Assembly (NCBI GenBank): GCA_963727455.1 | Contig: CAVSGG010000005.1 | Coordinates: forward strand, 480,001-544,000 | Length of the DNA: 64,000 bases | Direction: 5' to 3' | From: Candidatus Krumholzibacteriota bacterium | GTDB taxonomy: Bacteria > Krumholzibacteriota > Krumholzibacteriia > JAJRXK01 | In this document: positions 38,885 through 49,453 of the stretch, piece after piece | Layout of the letters: each line of letters begins with the position of its first letter | How positions within the stretch are numbered: the first letter of the stretch is position 1 | The notes under the pieces: generated by a model | Database searches by the model: none | Seen by the model: only the letters and a program-made list of their open reading frames with translations | What the model was told of the DNA's origin: nothing | Made by a program: the position numbers and the translations under genes

Positions 38885-40431
38885 GCCGGGATCTCGCACG
38901 CTACGCACGCTCCGGAGCTTGGTCCACCGTGGCCTATGCAATCCAGGTAACAGGGGCGCTGGCCGTGAGCATCGTCGTGGTGCGTGCGCTGGGGGAGAAA
39001 CAGTGGGGCGTCCTGAGCGAGATCCGTCAATTGGTTCAACTCTGCACCATCTTGGGTGGAATGGCGCTCGAGCGCAGCATCCTGCGCTTTCTCCCGCAGC
39101 TGATCAGCGAGAAGAACGAAGCCGGAGCGCGTTCGCTCTTCAGGAAGACAATGGGCGTGCGCCTGCTGCTCTGGCTTCCCTTGTTCGTGCTCGCACTTGT
39201 CTTTGGAAGGCACCTCGATCGCTTCTTCCACCTTCCCGTCTTCGAACTAGTCCTGATCGGGGTTGCCAGTTCTCTGGTCTTCTCGCTCTTCAACCACGTC
39301 CGTGCCGCGGCCTCCGCGCGCTTTAGGACCCGCAGTGTGGCCCTTGGCACCGCGGTGGGGAGCTTGGTTACGCTGGCGGCCACACTCTGGGTGCTCGCCA
39401 ATGGCAAGGGAGTGGCCGGCGTACTGGTCGCAGCTGCCCTTGGAATGGGCGTTGCCGCGGTCGTGCAGTTGCCCGCCGCGATGGGAGGAGGTGCGCAGGC
39501 AGAAGCGAGTTCAAAGAGCAATGATAGCTTCTCGCTGCGCGAGCACCGATTCCTCGCTTATGCGTTTCCCTTCGCCGGAATTGCGATCCTCAATTATGTA
39601 GTGCACTCGGCCACCGAGGTTTTCTTCCTGGGACACTTTCACGGACCAATTCTGGCCGGCTTCTACGTACTGGGATTCAGTTTCGCCCAGAGGCTCATCG
39701 ACTTTTTGCCTCTGGCTCTCTGGGAAGTCTCCATGGCAGGCTTTGCCGAAGTCGCGGTGCGCGACGCGCGGCGTCTTCCGGCCGCACTCTTGGGCTATGT
39801 GAAGCTGCTGTACATTGTGCTGCTCCCCCTCGCATGTCTGGGGGTAGCCTTTTCACCAGCACTCATTCGGGTTTTATATGGGGAGGCGATGGTGCCCTCG
39901 GCATTGGTCAGCCAGGCATATTTTGCCATTGCTGCTGTCGCAGCCGTGGGCGCACCCATCGGGATGGTGGTATACGCGCGCGATCGAACCGCGTCTGCAC
40001 TCAAGGCATATACGGTCTTCGCAGTTGCGAACATCGGACTCGATTGGGTGCTGATCCCCTCTTTGGGTTTATGGGGTGCAATCCTGGGTTTGGGAACCGC
40101 AAAAATACTCTCGGTGCTTCTGATGTCACGCATCGCGTGGCAGGAGAGTCCGGCACTTCGCATACCCTGGACTTTCCTGCTCAAAGCGCTGCTTGCCTGT
40201 TCACCCGTATTTCTGTGGTGGCTGGTTCCCTCTTCGTTGCATTCGCCGCTTCCTTTGGTAGGCGGACTCGTGGGTTCTGTTCTCTTGCTCATAGTCTCAT
40301 TCCGACTCGTCGGGGTTATCGGCATATCGGAAGCCTCTCTTATTCGAGGTACGCAGTTACCGCTTCGTAATAGTCTGTTGCAACTACTCGGGGCCCCAAC
40401 AAGTGGTGCTGAACCCACTGGAGCGGTCTAG
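38881..40431 (+). CDS. Wzx-type flippase (MOP family)
   Basis: About 14 hydrophobic segments; VRALG...WG; LIP.LGLWGA. Confidence 0.8.
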   Translation: MSRDLARYARSGAWSTVAYAIQVTGALAVSIVVVRALGEKQWGVLSEIRQLVQLCTILGGMALERSILRFLPQLISEKNEAGARSLFRKTMGVRLLLWLPLFVLALVFGRHLDRFFHLPVFELVLIGVASSLVFSLFNHVRAAASARFRTRSVALGTAVGSLVTLAATLWVLANGKGVAGVLVAAALGMGVAAVVQLPAAMGGGAQAEASSKSNDSFSLREHRFLAYAFPFAGIAILNYVVHSATEVFFLGHFHGPILAGFYVLGFSFAQRLIDFLPLALWEVSMAGFAEVAVRDARRLPAALLGYVKLLYIVLLPLACLGVAFSPALIRVLYGEAMVPSALVSQAYFAIAAVAAVGAPIGMVVYARDRTASALKAYTVFAVANIGLDWVLIPSLGLWGAILGLGTAKILSVLLMSRIAWQESPALRIPWTFLLKALLACSPVFLWWLVPSSLHSPLPLVGGLVGSVLLLIVSFRLVGVIGISEASLIRGTQLPLRNSLLQLLGAPTSGAEPTGAV

Positions 40432-40442
40432 GAGGTCGATTC

Positions 40443-40814
40443 ATGCGAAATGTCGTGGTTCTGCTCACGTGCCTGGGGCTCATGGTGACAGCCCAGGTAT
40501 TGTGGAAGTCGGCTCTCAGCAGGGTGGGAGTGGTTGATGTAATGTCCTCGAGCTTACCGAGCCGGATCCTCTTACTCGCCCGGTCCTGGCGGATCCTGGG
40601 CGGATTGATCATGTTCGGCCTGGCAACCGTTCTGTGGTTCGATTTGCTCAGCCGCTGGGAATTGTCACTCCTCTATCCTTTCATGAGCTTGAGCTATGTC
40701 TTTGCCTTCCTCGCGGGTTGGATTTTTCTCGGTGAACATCCGCAGCCACTTCGCATCATGGGTATTCTCGTGATCATTTTGGGGATCGTACTGGTCTCAA
40801 GGAGCGCTCCCTGA
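40443..40814 (+). CDS. Small DMT/EamA (ArnE/ArnF-like) membrane protein
   Basis: 4 TM; LSRWELSLLYPFMSLSYV...FLGE...R..G..I..GI. Confidence 0.75.
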   Translation: MRNVVVLLTCLGLMVTAQVLWKSALSRVGVVDVMSSSLPSRILLLARSWRILGGLIMFGLATVLWFDLLSRWELSLLYPFMSLSYVFAFLAGWIFLGEHPQPLRIMGILVIILGIVLVSRSAP

Positions 40815-40815
40815 C

Positions 40816-43281
40816 GTGATTTCCGTTGCCTCGATCGGGACACGACGGGGATGGCGCTTCCTCTTGGGAACCGCCTGTACTTTGCTGTTTTGGGTTCTTT
40901 TGGGGGCAACGTTCCTGCCGCTGCCTATGAGGGTAACCGGCGCGTGGCTCGTACTCTTGCTCGGTCCCGGGCTGGTGCTTCGAGTCGACGCCTGGTGGGA
41001 CGGGGCTGAACTCTTGGCCCGTATCGGGTCCTTACTTCTGGCCTCGTGTAGCTGGGTTCTTCTCACCATTTTTCTCGTTCAAGTTTTCGGCGGTGGATTG
41101 CGTCTGGGCCTCTTCGTCTTCAGCGCGAGTTTGCCGCTGCTTGCCCTGAGCCCGTGTCCTGCGCGGTGTCAGCGCAGCGTCTCTCCTTGGCGCGGCGCCA
41201 TTTTGCTCTTCTTGGTCCTCGCTCTTCTCTTCATTCATCTCACGAGACAACCGCCGCAACTTAGGCTCGATAGTGATGTTCCAGCTCATCTTGGGGCCAT
41301 TCACGACGCCCTCCAACAGAATCGCTTTCTTCCTTTCGACGGTTCATTTCCTGGCGCACCACCTGCGCGGGATCCGCGGATGGGTCTCCTCCACGGGGTA
41401 CACGCGGCGCTCGCCAAGGTGCTGGCTGTCGATCCGGCACGTGCATGGGGTCTCAGTGGCGGCGTTTTCAGCCTCATGTTTCTGATCTGTTTTGCTTGGC
41501 TGTTTCTGGAGTGGGGACTTGCCCAATGGCAGGCATTCGCGGCCGCATTCCTGCTGGCGGCGGGTAGCGGTGGGGGGGCCTCCCTGGGGATTTGGGGCGC
41601 CGTGTATCCCTCGCAGTTCGCCCTGGCCCTGGCTGGGGCTTCAGGTGCGTGGTTTCTGCGTACGAGGAAAAATTCCGGCGCTGGAAAACACTGGTGGTTG
41701 GGGTCCCTGGCGCTCGCGCTCTCAGTTTTGGTGCATCCCTTCGCGTGGTGGGGAATGTGTCTGGTGCTGGCCCACGTTCTCATCCTCTCCTGGATCACCA
41801 GGAAGCCCAAGGATCTGAGTCTGGCCCTCTTGCGATTTCTAGCATTGGCGGTGGGGGTTGGAGGTGCGTTGGCTCTTCCCCTGATGCTGCACAGACCAGG
41901 TAACACCGGACAATGGGAGCGAGCAGGAATTCTTCTATTCGGCCACGATCTTTTCACGATGGATCCTCTCATCGTACTTCGCTGGTGCGGCGTTCTCGCG
42001 CCTCTAGCCATCCTTCTCGCTGTCTGGCGGTGGAGACGCTGGAGGCGAGACGTTCGGGGACTCTTCGTCATTGCGAGTGTGTTGCCGATCTGGACGATTG
42101 CTTTCGACCCTTTGCTCGAGCCATTCGTTTTCTCGCACGCAGGATATCTCTCGGAGCGTTTGGGTCTGTTGGCGGGGGCTCCGGCCGTGCTGCTCTTGGC
42201 CCTGGCGCCCGAGAGCGGACAGACTTGGGGGCTCCTGCGGAGGACCGTGCTCGCAGCGGTAGTCTTGGGCCTGTTTGTCACGGTGTGGCCCAAGCTCGCA
42301 GCCTCTCCCTATCGGGTTCAGAAGTCCTTCTCGGCCCCGTTGAGAGAGGCGGTGGCCGCATCGCGGGGGACACTGTTGACCGACCCGCGCACCTCTTATG
42401 CCTTGCGGGGGATGAGAGGTGGAGCGTATAGCCTGTTACCCGTGGCACATGCCAGCCCCTTGGACGGTTCGGTCGAGATGCGGACGGGGTGGTACCGAAG
42501 AATGCTCGCGCGGGAGTGCACGCCGACTCAATTTGAGCACGCCCGCAATGAGCTAGGGGCATCCACCTTGCTACTCATGAAACAGGTCGAGGCGGAATAT
42601 GGGAAGATGCCAGAGTATGGGTTCGTGCCGTCCGACCGCCGGCAGGAGGATTTGGGCAAGCGACTGAAAGAGACGGGATTTGCCCCCAGGGCAAAAGGGA
42701 CGGAATGGGCTCTGTTCGACTGCAGAGATCTCACGGTTGTGCCCTCGGAGGATGTTGCCAACTCGAGTATCTGCGGAAAGCATCATCCTGGGGCTAGGAA
42801 AGGGGAGAGAGGCAGGAAGCTCACGAGTATTGAAATCAAGCCTGGCTCGGCGAGTCCGGGTGACAGCCTGACGGTCCGGATCTGCTACTCTGATGGCGCC
42901 GGGTCGATAGCGAACTCGAGCTGGGAGAAGGTACAATTGCGTTTTCTCGGACCGCACGAGCCGGTGCCACAACCTTTCCAGAGAGTAAGCAAGGTCTACC
43001 GCAAACTGATTCAAGAGAAGTCCTTGCGCTCGCAAAGTCGCTTCACCGTTACTTTCTTTCCCAACGACGGATATCCACTTAACCGAGAAGTGTGGGGAGA
43101 GTATAGAACAGTGGTCATTCCCGCTTGGATAAAGGAAGGACAGTACGAGGTACTCGCGGACTTGAAAGCGGAGAGATGGAGACCGGTAAGAAGGTTGGCC
43201 GACTATCTGGACGATCGAGCTCGATGGTCGGGGAAAAGTATGGGCCGAGTGATCGTGAAGTCTGAGGAAGGAAGGCGGTAA
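40816..43281 (+). CDS. Large polytopic membrane protein, probable GT-C fold (paralog 1)
   Basis: Many TMs; luminal SDVPAH and DPRMG motifs; soluble C-terminal domain; shares motifs with 52087-54531. Confidence 0.55.
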   Translation: MISVASIGTRRGWRFLLGTACTLLFWVLLGATFLPLPMRVTGAWLVLLLGPGLVLRVDAWWDGAELLARIGSLLLASCSWVLLTIFLVQVFGGGLRLGLFVFSASLPLLALSPCPARCQRSVSPWRGAILLFLVLALLFIHLTRQPPQLRLDSDVPAHLGAIHDALQQNRFLPFDGSFPGAPPARDPRMGLLHGVHAALAKVLAVDPARAWGLSGGVFSLMFLICFAWLFLEWGLAQWQAFAAAFLLAAGSGGGASLGIWGAVYPSQFALALAGASGAWFLRTRKNSGAGKHWWLGSLALALSVLVHPFAWWGMCLVLAHVLILSWITRKPKDLSLALLRFLALAVGVGGALALPLMLHRPGNTGQWERAGILLFGHDLFTMDPLIVLRWCGVLAPLAILLAVWRWRRWRRDVRGLFVIASVLPIWTIAFDPLLEPFVFSHAGYLSERLGLLAGAPAVLLLALAPESGQTWGLLRRTVLAAVVLGLFVTVWPKLAASPYRVQKSFSAPLREAVAASRGTLLTDPRTSYALRGMRGGAYSLLPVAHASPLDGSVEMRTGWYRRMLARECTPTQFEHARNELGASTLLLMKQVEAEYGKMPEYGFVPSDRRQEDLGKRLKETGFAPRAKGTEWALFDCRDLTVVPSEDVANSSICGKHHPGARKGERGRKLTSIEIKPGSASPGDSLTVRICYSDGAGSIANSSWEKVQLRFLGPHEPVPQPFQRVSKVYRKLIQEKSLRSQSRFTVTFFPNDGYPLNREVWGEYRTVVIPAWIKEGQYEVLADLKAERWRPVRRLADYLDDRARWSGKSMGRVIVKSEEGRR

Positions 43282-44744
43282 TGGGATTCCGGGAGAAACT
43301 CGGAGGTCGACCACCTCAGGGCCTGAAGGCGGAGCGTATCTGGCCGGCGCTAACAACGATCTTGTTTGGAGTTATCGGCGCGTACCTGGTGACCAGCGTA
43401 GTCATCGACACTTCCAAGCGGAACGTAGAGATCTTGGCCGCCCTGGTCTTCCTTGGCTTCGTACTAGTCACCCACCCCTATAAGGCCCTTCTCTTTGCGG
43501 TTGTGGTCCTGTTTTTCCCCGCGTCGACGACCGTTGGTACTACGAGCACCTTGCTCATTTTTGCCGTGGGCGGCTTGGCGCTCATGAAAACTCGGCTGCT
43601 CCATATCCAATCACCATTTGTCAACCGAAAGATAGACCTGGCTCTAGCGGGCTTCATGGTGACGATGCTGCTCAGTCTTTACATGCAGGACTTCAGCAGT
43701 TTCAAGGCAGTCTTCCGACCAATCACCGGATTCGTATCCGGAATCGTGCTGTACTATCTCATCATTCAGCTCGTGGACACCAAGGAGAGATTTTTCAAAT
43801 TGGCGCAACTCTTCGAGGTCATGGCCGTACTCATGGGCATTCTGGCCGTCCTGCAGGCTACGTTTCCCGGGACGCACTTCCTCCCGGAGTTTTTCTCTTT
43901 TTCCAATGACGCCGCGACACTGAAGCAAATTCGCCTGGGGTATGTTCGGGCCCGTGCGACATTTAGCGGATTTGAACTCTTTGCTGAATTCTGTGCCATC
44001 AACCTTGTTTTGCAGTATTTCATGTTTCGACGCGCTCGCAGTATCAATGGGAAGTTATTTTGGGTAACGGGAGCGGCCATCATGCTTATGGCGCTCTTCG
44101 GTACGATCACGCGAGGCGGAATCATTATCTTGTTGTTTGGATGTGCGTACGCCATCGTCATGTCCGGACTTGCGATCCCACGCAAGGAGCTTCTCCGAGT
44201 TGCTTTTGTAGGCATGATGCTATTCTATCTCATACTTCCATTCATCGGAAGCTATACCGGCCACATGTTCGAGCGTCTATCGAAATTGGGAACAGACGAC
44301 AGTAGTGTGCATAGTCGGGAAATCGTCATGCAGCAGGCATTGGCGGCAATCCCCAGAAGCCCTTTCCTCGGCCATGGCATCTACACTCCCGTCGGGACCT
44401 TCCGTGGAGGAGTGTCGCAGAACATTCACAGCTTGTACGTGAGCCTTGCCTACAAGTTAGGGATCCCCAATCTGCTGTTGTTCCTGTGGTTCGTGTCAAT
44501 TCTCGTACGGACCAGTTGGAGGCAAAGTCAAAACCGACAAGCCCCGCGTGAATTAAGAGAATTCATGTTCGGACTCCACGTTGTCCTCATAATGTTTTTG
44601 CTGGACGAAGTAAAAATCGAGTTTCTTCGATCAGCACAGAGTACGCACATAGTATTTCTATACTTCGGGCTCATCATGAGCTTGAACGAAATCATCAAGC
44701 GTTCTACCAGAGACACTCTTCCGAGCTCGGCGCGGCGCGCGTAA
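43281..44744 (+). CDS. Wzy polymerase / O-antigen ligase family protein
   Basis: Multi-TM; RARATF, TITRGG, SR..VM..AL, PFLGHG, HSLY. Confidence 0.78.
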   Translation: MGFREKLGGRPPQGLKAERIWPALTTILFGVIGAYLVTSVVIDTSKRNVEILAALVFLGFVLVTHPYKALLFAVVVLFFPASTTVGTTSTLLIFAVGGLALMKTRLLHIQSPFVNRKIDLALAGFMVTMLLSLYMQDFSSFKAVFRPITGFVSGIVLYYLIIQLVDTKERFFKLAQLFEVMAVLMGILAVLQATFPGTHFLPEFFSFSNDAATLKQIRLGYVRARATFSGFELFAEFCAINLVLQYFMFRRARSINGKLFWVTGAAIMLMALFGTITRGGIIILLFGCAYAIVMSGLAIPRKELLRVAFVGMMLFYLILPFIGSYTGHMFERLSKLGTDDSSVHSREIVMQQALAAIPRSPFLGHGIYTPVGTFRGGVSQNIHSLYVSLAYKLGIPNLLLFLWFVSILVRTSWRQSQNRQAPRELREFMFGLHVVLIMFLLDEVKIEFLRSAQSTHIVFLYFGLIMSLNEIIKRSTRDTLPSSARRA

Positions 44745-44848
44745 CGGAGATGGATCGACGTTTGCGCAATGTACAGTTATAAGGACTCTCCAAAGTACGA
44801 CGGGTCGGATCGAGTTAGGTTCATGGCGCAGGGAAAGCAGGGTCGCGC

Positions 44849-46702
44849 ATGTGTGGGATTGCCGGGATTGCTATGGCGGGGAGAATCCCCGCGAACACGG
44901 GTCTCCTGCGAGAGCTGACCGATTCCCTCTACCACCGCGGTCCCGATTCTGGCGGAACCTGGGTCAAGGGCAATGTGGGTCTGGGCCACCGTCGCTTGAA
45001 GATCATCGATCTCAGCGATCTTGCGCTGCAGCCAATGCAGACCGAGGATGGCGGAATCTGCCTCACCTTCAATGGCGAGATCTACAACTTCCAGGAGTTA
45101 CGTCGGCAACTCCAAAAAAAGGGCCACAGCTTCCGTTCGACTTCGGATACGGAAGTCCTTCTGCGGATGTATGTCGAGTACGGGATCGAGATGGTCCATC
45201 AGCTTAGGGGGATGTTCGCCTTTGGACTCTGGGATGAGAGCGCGCGTACGCTGTATCTCTGTCGGGACAGGATCGGCATCAAACCGCTTCTCTATTTCCC
45301 CGCGCCGAGCGGACTCTATTTCGCCAGTGAACTGCACGCTCTGAAGCTCGTGCCGTCTATATCCTCGACTCTCGATATGACTGCAATCGCCGACTTCTTG
45401 ACATTTGGCTATGTACCGGGACGGAAGACACTCTACTCGAGCATCTTTCGCCTTCCGCCCGGGCATATCCTCGAATATCGACCGGATACCGGAGCTCCGC
45501 CTCGGCTGAGGAAATATTGGTCTCTGAGCGATTCGGTCACGTCGACAGAGCGAGTCGCCTATGAAGATCGTGTAGCTGAGATCCGCGCGAAGGTCAGCGA
45601 ATGTGTGGAGTTGAGGATGGTCAGCGATGCCCCCATCGGTTCTTTTTTGAGTGGCGGCGTTGACTCGAGCTTTGTGTCTGGTTGTATGGCGAGTCTATCC
45701 CCAGATCCCATCGAGACGTTTTGTATCGGATTCGAGGATTCCAATGTAGACGAACGCCATTTTGCGAGAATCGTAGCAGAAAAATATGGAACAAAGCATT
45801 CCGAGCGGGTTGTCAACCCCAACGACCTCTCTTCACTGGAGGCCATGCCCGCCCTGCTCGCCGATCCGACAGCGGACAACTCGATTGTACCCACATATTT
45901 CGTTTCCCAACTCGCGAGGAGTTCTGTCACCGTGGTTCTCAGTGGTGATGGTGGAGACGAAGGCTTCGGCGGTTACAACCGGTATTCGAGAATGAGAGAT
46001 GGGACTCCGTTCGATCTTCTGCCGTACGGACTGCGCAAGCCCTTGTTCGCCACCTTATCAGCGCTATGGCCCAGCCACCTGAGGGGGAAGGGGTGGCTTC
46101 AGCGTACTGCAAATGCATTCCTTGAGAGGTACCTGAATATGATTGCCATTTTCCCGGCAGGGGAATGGCGGCAGATGTTGACACCAGATCTACGGGCCCA
46201 GCTGGAGGGATACGATCCCTATGAGGAATACCGCAAGATCTACAATGCCTTACCTGGTCAGCCTGTCGAGCGTCTTCTTCGTCTGGACGTGGAGACCTAT
46301 CTTCCCTCCGATATCCTCTCGAAGGTTGATTTGGCCAGTATGTCCGTGTCACTGGAAACTCGGGTGCCATTGTTGGATCATGAACTGCTGGAGCTGTCCT
46401 TCAAGATCCCAATCGATGTGAAAATGAAGGAAGGACGACGCAAGGCGCTGCTGAAGGATGCAGCCAGAAAGTTCGTTCCTTCCGAACTGCTGGGTCCCCG
46501 GAAACAGGGATTCGTCATGCCTCTTGGTGAGTGGTTCCGGGGGCCACTGGCTTCGACTCTGCAGAAGCAGAAGTCAGATCCGGTATTTGAACAGTCAGGC
46601 ATCGACAAGCTGGTGGAGCTTCACCGGAGGGGACACCGAGATTTTGGACGTCGTCTTTGGGCTATCCTAATGCTCCGAAGGTCGTTGGCCCAGATTCTTT
46701 AG
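44849..46702 (+). CDS. asnB: Asparagine-synthase-like glutamine amidotransferase, probably sugar amidation
   Basis: MCGIAG, HRGPD, FNGEIYN, RDRIGIKPL, LSGGVDSS, SGDGGDE.FGGY, KQGF; lies within the polysaccharide locus. Confidence 0.85.
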   Translation: MCGIAGIAMAGRIPANTGLLRELTDSLYHRGPDSGGTWVKGNVGLGHRRLKIIDLSDLALQPMQTEDGGICLTFNGEIYNFQELRRQLQKKGHSFRSTSDTEVLLRMYVEYGIEMVHQLRGMFAFGLWDESARTLYLCRDRIGIKPLLYFPAPSGLYFASELHALKLVPSISSTLDMTAIADFLTFGYVPGRKTLYSSIFRLPPGHILEYRPDTGAPPRLRKYWSLSDSVTSTERVAYEDRVAEIRAKVSECVELRMVSDAPIGSFLSGGVDSSFVSGCMASLSPDPIETFCIGFEDSNVDERHFARIVAEKYGTKHSERVVNPNDLSSLEAMPALLADPTADNSIVPTYFVSQLARSSVTVVLSGDGGDEGFGGYNRYSRMRDGTPFDLLPYGLRKPLFATLSALWPSHLRGKGWLQRTANAFLERYLNMIAIFPAGEWRQMLTPDLRAQLEGYDPYEEYRKIYNALPGQPVERLLRLDVETYLPSDILSKVDLASMSVSLETRVPLLDHELLELSFKIPIDVKMKEGRRKALLKDAARKFVPSELLGPRKQGFVMPLGEWFRGPLASTLQKQKSDPVFEQSGIDKLVELHRRGHRDFGRRLWAILMLRRSLAQIL

Positions 46703-47863
46703 AGAAATTCCCGTGGCGATCCCCTCATACACTCGCAGGTGACTCTCAACCTCACGGTGGGCGCCATACTGCTCGCGTACGAGAGATGGTGCCGAAACCT
46801 TGACCGAGGTTCGCCAGTCGCTATCCGCCAGGGCAGCCGCGATCCTCCGCGCCAGGGTTATATCATCGTGTGTTGGAAAGGACCTCACTGCGAACCGGAG
46901 CGGGCCCAAGTCCTCGAGGTAGGGGAGTTCGGAACTAATGACGGAGACCCCCACCCCAAGGGCCTCCACCACGACATTCGGGAAGCCCTCCCTGAGGGAG
47001 GCGACGATCAAGAGGTCGAGCAGCTGCAGAACCGGGAATACATCCAAGAGCCGGCCAGTCCAGACGATGTGATTCTCCATACCTATCTCCTGGGCGAGGC
47101 GCCGCAATCTTGGGCCCTCCGCGCCGTCGCCAACCATAATCAGAGTGATCTCCGGGAAATCTTGGATGAGAGAAGGGAGCGCTTTGATCACTGTTGAGTG
47201 GTCTTTCAAGGGAAGCAGCGATCCAATCATCCCAAGGAAGGGGCCAGCACCCAATCCGGGAAATCTCTGACGCAGCTGGGCTAGACTGGTTGCTCGGGCG
47301 GGTTCTGATATTGATTCGGGCACCAAGCCATCATAGCCATTGGGGACGACGAAGATGTTCTCGGGATCAATGTTTTCCCGTGCAGCCAGTTTCCAGCCGA
47401 TCGAGCGACTATTGACCACAACTCTATCCGTACAAGCCCGCGTAACCCACCCCGCCAAGAGCTTCTTCGGAGGCCGCAGCTTCCAATCAAATTCATTGCG
47501 CTCACTCGTTATGATGTTCTCCACGCCCGCAAACTTGGCAGCGAGTGGACCAATGATCAGAGTGTCTGTGAGCAGGGAATGGAAGACATCGTAGCGGTTC
47601 CGGCGGAGGTGAACATAGAGGTCGAGAGGAAAGAATAGGGAGCGAATTTTTGAGGAGCTTCTGAGTTCGATGATCGGACAACCAAGCGAACGAAACTCTT
47701 CGGTGAGAGACCCCATCGCTTTGAAGCAGATAATCTCTACCTGGTGATTTCTCTCGAGCAGTCCTCTGACCAGTCTCAAGGCATGGCGTTCCGTTCCCCC
47801 AATTTCAAACCACCAAAGAAAGATGCCAATTCTGAGCCTGTTGAACTCGCCATGGAAGTCCAT
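46667..47863 (-). CDS. GT4 glycosyltransferase
   Basis: GGTERH, VPNG, GSLLPLKDH, VGDG, SLREGFPNVVVEA. Confidence 0.85.
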   Translation of the reverse strand: MDFHGEFNRLRIGIFLWWFEIGGTERHALRLVRGLLERNHQVEIICFKAMGSLTEEFRSLGCPIIELRSSSKIRSLFFPLDLYVHLRRNRYDVFHSLLTDTLIIGPLAAKFAGVENIITSERNEFDWKLRPPKKLLAGWVTRACTDRVVVNSRSIGWKLAARENIDPENIFVVPNGYDGLVPESISEPARATSLAQLRQRFPGLGAGPFLGMIGSLLPLKDHSTVIKALPSLIQDFPEITLIMVGDGAEGPRLRRLAQEIGMENHIVWTGRLLDVFPVLQLLDLLIVASLREGFPNVVVEALGVGVSVISSELPYLEDLGPLRFAVRSFPTHDDITLARRIAAALADSDWRTSVKVSAPSLVREQYGAHREVESHLRVYEGIATGISLKNLGQRPSEH

Positions 47864-48526
47864 GGTGAACTAACTCCCCTTCGTCGACGAAGACTATCGT
47901 TCCTCTGTGGATCGTCTGACCTTACTCTAGGTTTGCCTAGACTCAATGCCGATAGGCGAAGTGTATCACGAAGATGAAATACGGGCTAATAGCTGAATCT
48001 GGATCTGCCGTCTCGCGGAGTCGAGGCTAGTATCTCGATCGCCGGAATCAAGACAGCGGCGAGCTTCTGCTCATCTTGACGGGCACTCTGAGTTGGGTTG
48101 CATTTGCTCCTTTCGGGCTTGACACGATAGGAAAGCCAACGGAGCGCTTCTTCTTCTCTCGAGTATCAAATCTCTGTTTCTCTCAGGCCAATCCCAAGCA
48201 GACGGAGCTTTGCTGTGGGGGTAAGTGCTCTGATATCGAGGATCTCTCGGATTGGAATATCGTAGTCGGGCTTTCTGACTGCGAGAGCCGCCGTAGGCTA
48301 GGTTACCCCAAAATCCTGTCTAGTTCTGAGCTAGTGAAGCGTGGTTGACGGCATTGGGGCTGAACCTTTTAAGCTACATGGGGTTACAGCATTTGCGAAC
48401 CTTCAATGGCCCTTACAATGAGGCCGTATATTTGGTAGAATTGTATTGGGCTTGCCGAGGAGTTACCGCTCCATGGAAGTTGATTTTCGGGTGCGGTAGC
48501 TTACCCGCGATGCAAGGTGCTAAGTC

Positions 48527-49453
48527 ATGAAATCGGAACTTCCTGGGCTTCCAGATGTCTCCTTTGTACGGCAGGGTCAGAGGCTCGCATCTTATACTAC
48601 CTTCGGAATCGGAGGACCCGCGGAGTACCTGGCAAAGCCCCAGACTCTAGATCAAATGCAGGCATTGTTAGCCTGGAGCGCTCATCATGGACTCCGTCTC
48701 ACCTACCTGGGTGGGGGGAGTAATGTGCTCATTGACGATTCAGGGATCGAGGGCTTGACAGTCATTACCCGGCGCTTCAAATCAATGCAACGCATTTCGC
48801 GACACCAAGTGTATTGCGAGAGTGGCTGCTTTCTTCCGCATCTGTCCCGGTATGCGGACGAGAAACGTCGGGGAGGATGGGAGTTCATGGCTGCGATTCC
48901 CGGTACAGTTGGGGCGAGCGTCCGAATAAACGCGGGTTTAGGTAGTGGAGGTCAGATGGCAGATTGGGTTGTATCTGTCGACACGATCGATAGGAAGGGA
49001 ACCGTACTTCGACTCTCGAAAGACGATCTCAAATACGGCTATCGTTTCTCCTCCTTACTCAGGAGAAGCGATCTTTTTGTGACCGGAGCCGTGCTGAATC
49101 TGGGTCCGAAGGAACCTCTTGAAGACATTGTGGCACGCAAGAAAGAACTTCTTTCCCGTAGAAAAGCGAAGTCACCTACGAACCCAAGAAATTGTGGAAG
49201 TGTGTTTCGCCGCACTGAAGACAATAGCCCACCAGGACTTTTGATCGACAGAGCGGGGCTCAAGGGTTATAGAATTGGTCAGTGTCAGGTATCTCTTCAA
49301 CACGCCAACTGGATCGTGAATCTAGGTGGGGGCACTGCTTCCGAGGTCAAGGCAATTATCGACCACGTACAAAAAGTGGTTGAAGCCACTTCGGGGGTCA
49401 AGCTTCGCCGTGAAGTCGTCTACTTGCCGCAGGATCAGGAGGGGATGTCATGA
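48527..49453 (+). CDS. murB: MurB-like UDP-N-acetylenolpyruvylglucosamine reductase (polysaccharide-locus copy)
   Basis: TTFGIGGPA, GGGSNVL, IPGTVGA...NAG, YGYRFS, NCGSVF, LIDRAGLKG, HANWIVN, LRREV. Confidence 0.85.
   Translation: MKSELPGLPDVSFVRQGQRLASYTTFGIGGPAEYLAKPQTLDQMQALLAWSAHHGLRLTYLGGGSNVLIDDSGIEGLTVITRRFKSMQRISRHQVYCESGCFLPHLSRYADEKRRGGWEFMAAIPGTVGASVRINAGLGSGGQMADWVVSVDTIDRKGTVLRLSKDDLKYGYRFSSLLRRSDLFVTGAVLNLGPKEPLEDIVARKKELLSRRKAKSPTNPRNCGSVFRRTEDNSPPGLLIDRAGLKGYRIGQCQVSLQHANWIVNLGGGTASEVKAIIDHVQKVVEATSGVKLRREVVYLPQDQEGMS

Noticed and set aside
48425-48510. ops/JUMPstart element before murB (TTGGTAG ... GCGGTAGC)
   Set aside because: Only a partial match to GGCGGTAG, the spacing is far longer than in JUMPstart, and no RfaH/NusG paralog is in the window.
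47864-48526. Small ORFs 48076-48348 and 48345-48530, or an IS remnant
   Set aside because: TTG starts, no SD, no motifs and no terminal inverted repeats recognised.
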